From positions 3,782,001-3,846,000 of the forward strand of contig CM075988.1 in assembly GCA_038087875.1 (NCBI GenBank): a stretch of DNA of 64,000 nt, written 5' to 3'. The notes below the pieces were generated by a model. The model searched no databases and was not told the origin of the DNA. It saw only the letters and a list, made by a program, of their open reading frames with translations. The stretch's first letter is position 1, and every line of letters begins with the position of its first letter. Made by a program: the position numbers and the translations under genes. The stretch comes from Malacoraja senta (lineage: Eukaryota). Positions 60,771 through 64,000 of this stretch are shown in pieces.

Positions 60771-61317
60771 TTTGGGAAATGGCAGGTATCTGTGAAAAAC
60801 TGGGCTTCACTGTTGGTCACAGCATAGGGTGGAGGCCCGGTTCTTGGTGATCATGTGACCCACCTGCCACCACCAAGTCTAGACCTCTGAAGAAGTTTCA
60901 AGAAGCTTCTGGCCATGTGACCCACCTACTGCCACTAAGCCTGGACTCCTGAAGAGGTGTCTGTTTTGTTTCAATATACTGACGCTTGTTCTGTACCTAT
61001 GATTGGGCAAAGAAGTTGCCTCCCACTGTATTTTCCCGCCGGTATTTGTGATTGGTTTGTAGGGGTTGCCTCCCCCCTGTACTTTTGCGCCGTTAGTTTC
61101 CCGCCACAGTATAGGGGTATAAAAGGGTGATCGTTTCATTGGGGCATATCGGTTGTCTTTCCCTCTGTTCTGTTTGCACGAGACTGCTGCGGGCTCGAGT
61201 GAGTGGATCTGAAACCGGCCCCGCGGTGAATACTAATAAAGAAGGGTTTGGACTCCAGTGTTCGATTCAGTATTTTGCTGACCCAGACTAGGGAGGGTAG
61301 CAGATCCGGAATCAACA
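60771..61317 (+). mobile_element. Probable solo LTR of a second LTR family
   Basis: Repeated enhancer-like units, two ATTGG boxes, TATAAAA 61118-61124, AATAAA 61235-61240, end ...TCAACA. Candidate TSD CTGC at 60767-60770 and 61318-61321. The start lacks TG; an alternative start is TGTTG at 60811. Confidence 0.65.
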
Positions 61318-61599
61318 CTGCAACGAGGTCCTGTATTCTCTGTCAGTCTCACTGGATCTCTGCTTCCAAAGCTTCGGAGGGTTCACCATTGAAAAGATCC
61401 CACTCAACATCATTACTTTCTGCCATACAAAAACCTTGTTATCTCTGCACACCTCCGAACCAATCTCAAACAGAAGAATGGCTTTCCAATGCTCGAGTAT
61501 GTCGGTAATTTGGGCCGGTACATTCTCACCACCATCGACGTCCATCAGCTAACCTGCTACACAATATGTCTGTGTGTTTAATTTATGAATCTCTTACCC

Positions 61600-61890
61600 A
61601 GAGTAGGTGGTATCATGAACCAGAGGACATAGGTTTACGATGAGGGGGGGAAGATTCATAGGAACCTAAGGGGGCAACACAGAGGGTGGTGGATGTATGG
61701 AACGAGCTGCCAGAGGAGATAGTTGAGGCAGGTACACGAATAGCACTTAAAAGACAATTGGACAGGTACATGGATAGGACGGGTTTAGATGGATCTCGGC
61801 CAAAAGTAGGCAGGTGGGACTGGCGTAAATGGGGCATGTTGGTCAGCATGGACAAGGGCTGAAGGGCCTGTTTCCATGCTGTATGACTGT
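61600..61890 (+). mobile_element. CR1 3' fragment
   Basis: QRVVDVWNELPEEIVEAG and a GAAGGGCCTGTTTCC tail. Confidence 0.83.
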
Positions 61891-62343
61891 AACTTCCTCT
61901 TGAGCCCCCACACACCTGTTTGTGTGCCCCACAGTTTCAGCTGAGTCTCTGCAGCCTTTGGACCCTGTTCAGCTCACAGTTTGTTGCAGTTTCTGCTCTA
62001 GCACGACGACACAATGATAAATGTATAGAACATACAGCTGCACAGCTACTTCTGCTGGGGTCTTTATTCAGTTACCATTGTCTGTCACCACGCTGTGTTT
62101 GCTGCCGACTACAACTAATCTTTAGGAGTCAAACTTGGAATGCATGGTCGTGTGCTTCCAGTCTCACCTCATTAACTGTTCACTCAACTTTGTCAGTTTT
62201 GTTTGTGGATCTTCTATCTTCCTCCTTGTGATGTATATGTGTGTGTGCACGCACGTGGGCCTTCACACTCAAACACGGTGATATATGAAGCTACTGGGAC
62301 TTATACACCTGGTCTAAGAGGTGCTAACTATACTGAACAGGGC

Positions 62344-62975
62344 TGTGAGTGTGTGTGTGTGTGTGTCTGTGTCTGTGTGTATGTGTGTGTTGGGGGGGCT
62401 GTGTGTGTGGGAGGGAGGGCTGTGTGTGTGTGTGTGTGTGTTTGTGTCTGTGTGCATGTATGTGTGTGTTTGTGTGTGTCTGCATTTGTGAGTGTGTGTC
62501 TGTGTGCATGTGCATGTGTGTGTGTATATGTCTGTCTGTGTGTGTGAGTGTGCATGTGAGTGTGTGTGTGTGTCTGTGTACACATGTGTGTATGCGTGTG
62601 TGTATGTGTCTGTACGTGTGTGTGTGTGTCTATGTGCATGTGTTTGTACATCTGTGTGTCTGTGTGTGTATGTGTGTCTATCTGTGTATGTGTGTGCATG
62701 TGTGCATGTGTGCGTGTGTGCATGTGTCTGTACCTGTGTGTGTGTCTGCGTATGTGTCTGTGTATGTCTATGTGCATGTCCATGTGCTTGTGTTTGAACA
62801 TCTGTTCGTCTGTGTGTGTATGTGTGTCTATCTGTGTATGTGTACATCTGTGTGTGTGTCTGTGTGCATGTGTGTGTCTGTGTGCATGTGTGTGTCGGTG
62901 GGCATGTGCGTGTCGGTGGGCATGTGCGTGTTGGTGGGCGTGTGCGTGTCGGTGGGCGTGTGCGTGCGTATACAC
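62344..62975. repeat. Degenerate (TG)n microsatellite
   Basis: Read directly. Confidence 0.96.
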
Positions 62976-63079
62976 GTATAGACTACTGTACCCCTCTGTT
63001 AAACTGAAGCATAGATACATTAAATACCAAAAGGTGGGCTCGTGGAATGGTTGGGAGTTGAGTGGGTTGCAGGGGAAGT

Positions 63080-63284
63080 GTGTAGGAAGGAACTGCAGAT
63101 GCTGGTTTAAACCGAAGATATACACAAAATGCTGGAGTAACTCAGCGGGACAGGCAGCATCTCTTGAGAGAAGGATTGGATAACATTTCGGGTCGAGACC
63201 CTTCTTCAGAATAGTTAGGGAAAAGGGAACCGAGAGATATAGACAATGATATAGATAAATAACAGTGCATGAAAGATATGCAAA
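63080..63284 (-). mobile_element. Penelope-derived terminal repeat, cut by the DIRS end
   Basis: GAAGGAACTGCAGATGCTGG...TTTCGGGTCGAGACCCTTCTTCAGA. Confidence 0.78.
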
Positions 63285-64000
63285 AAAATAGTAAGATTAA
63301 ATGAGAACTTACCAGTTTGAAGTTTGATCTTTATTTTATGAGGAGTTACGTTGAGGGATTACGTGAAGACCCCGCCAGGCCGCATGCGCATCAATCTTCA
63401 AAGCAGCGGAGTGACAATCACAGATAACAGTAGTCGAACTAAACATAGTAAGATAAGAGAACTAGCATACCAGCTGACCTTTATGATAGAGGGTTGGGAG
63501 CGGAGGGCACGTAATCCCTCAACGTAACTCCTCATAAAATAAAGATCAAACTTCAAACTGGTAACTTCTCATTTAATCTTACTATTTTACTTTGGAGTCA
63601 CGTGAGTGACTATGTGAAGATTTCAAAGCTCTGTAATTTCATGCCGTGGATACAAGTCCATGCGTCACACACTGCATCAGTTGACCAATGACGAGTGAAC
63701 ATTAATAATGCATTCAGACATGACATAGATATAGACATGTTGATGCTTTTAATGAACAATTAATGATAATAGTAACCTCCCTCAACCGGTAGGAAACTAT
63801 AAACAGAACCGAACATAGAGTTGGCAAATACCCCAGGCCTGGCAATGGGTTAGTTCTAAAATGTTTGGAAGATCGTTCGTTTGACCATCCTGCAGCCACT
63901 AGGATGTGGTCCCGCGAAACGTCCATAACCCTGCTGCTGATGTTGTTGCAGCCCTGGTGGAGTGAGGCTTAAAAATGTCAGTGTTCACTCCTGTATAAGC
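63285..64000 (-). mobile_element. DIRS-type tyrosine-recombinase retrotransposon, 3' end, runs off the window
   Basis: Minus strand GVNTDIFKPHSTRAATTSAA / MDVSRDHILVAAGWSNE (YR HxxR...GW), an 81-bp terminal/internal complementary pair, and an end in a T-run. Confidence 0.85.

Noticed and set aside
62203..63183. Several long Cys/Val and His/Thr ORFs
   Set aside because: Translation of a degenerate (TG)n tract.

Overview
Repeat-dominated vertebrate DNA, most likely a cartilaginous fish (skate/ray/shark). This is inferred from dense tRNA-derived V-SINEs (HE1-like) that share 3' ends with CR1 LINEs. I cannot support an intact host protein-coding gene. The window holds nested retroelements (CR1, L2, Rex1/Babar, Vingi, L1, Penelope-like, DIRS), hAT and PIF/Harbinger-type non-autonomous DNA transposons, mini/microsatellites, a 200-N gap, a probable solo LTR and one complete two-LTR endogenous retrovirus (33181-39874, TSD CTTTA, tRNA-Pro PBS). 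Highlights: (1) The provirus looks like an env-only element. Its gag-pol interval is replaced by a ~3.2 kb cytosine-poor mosaic (remnants of a second retrovirus plus a CR1 RT fragment) that lies almost exactly inside the predicted env intron. (2) A frameshifted FAM110-family C-terminal gene fragment sits inside a transposon mosaic at ~25.1-25.5 kb. (3) Many Penelope-derived repeats carry hammerhead-ribozyme-like cores, often as inverted pairs. Family names come from motif recognition, not database searches. Counts are by hand, and boundaries without a TSD are approximate.
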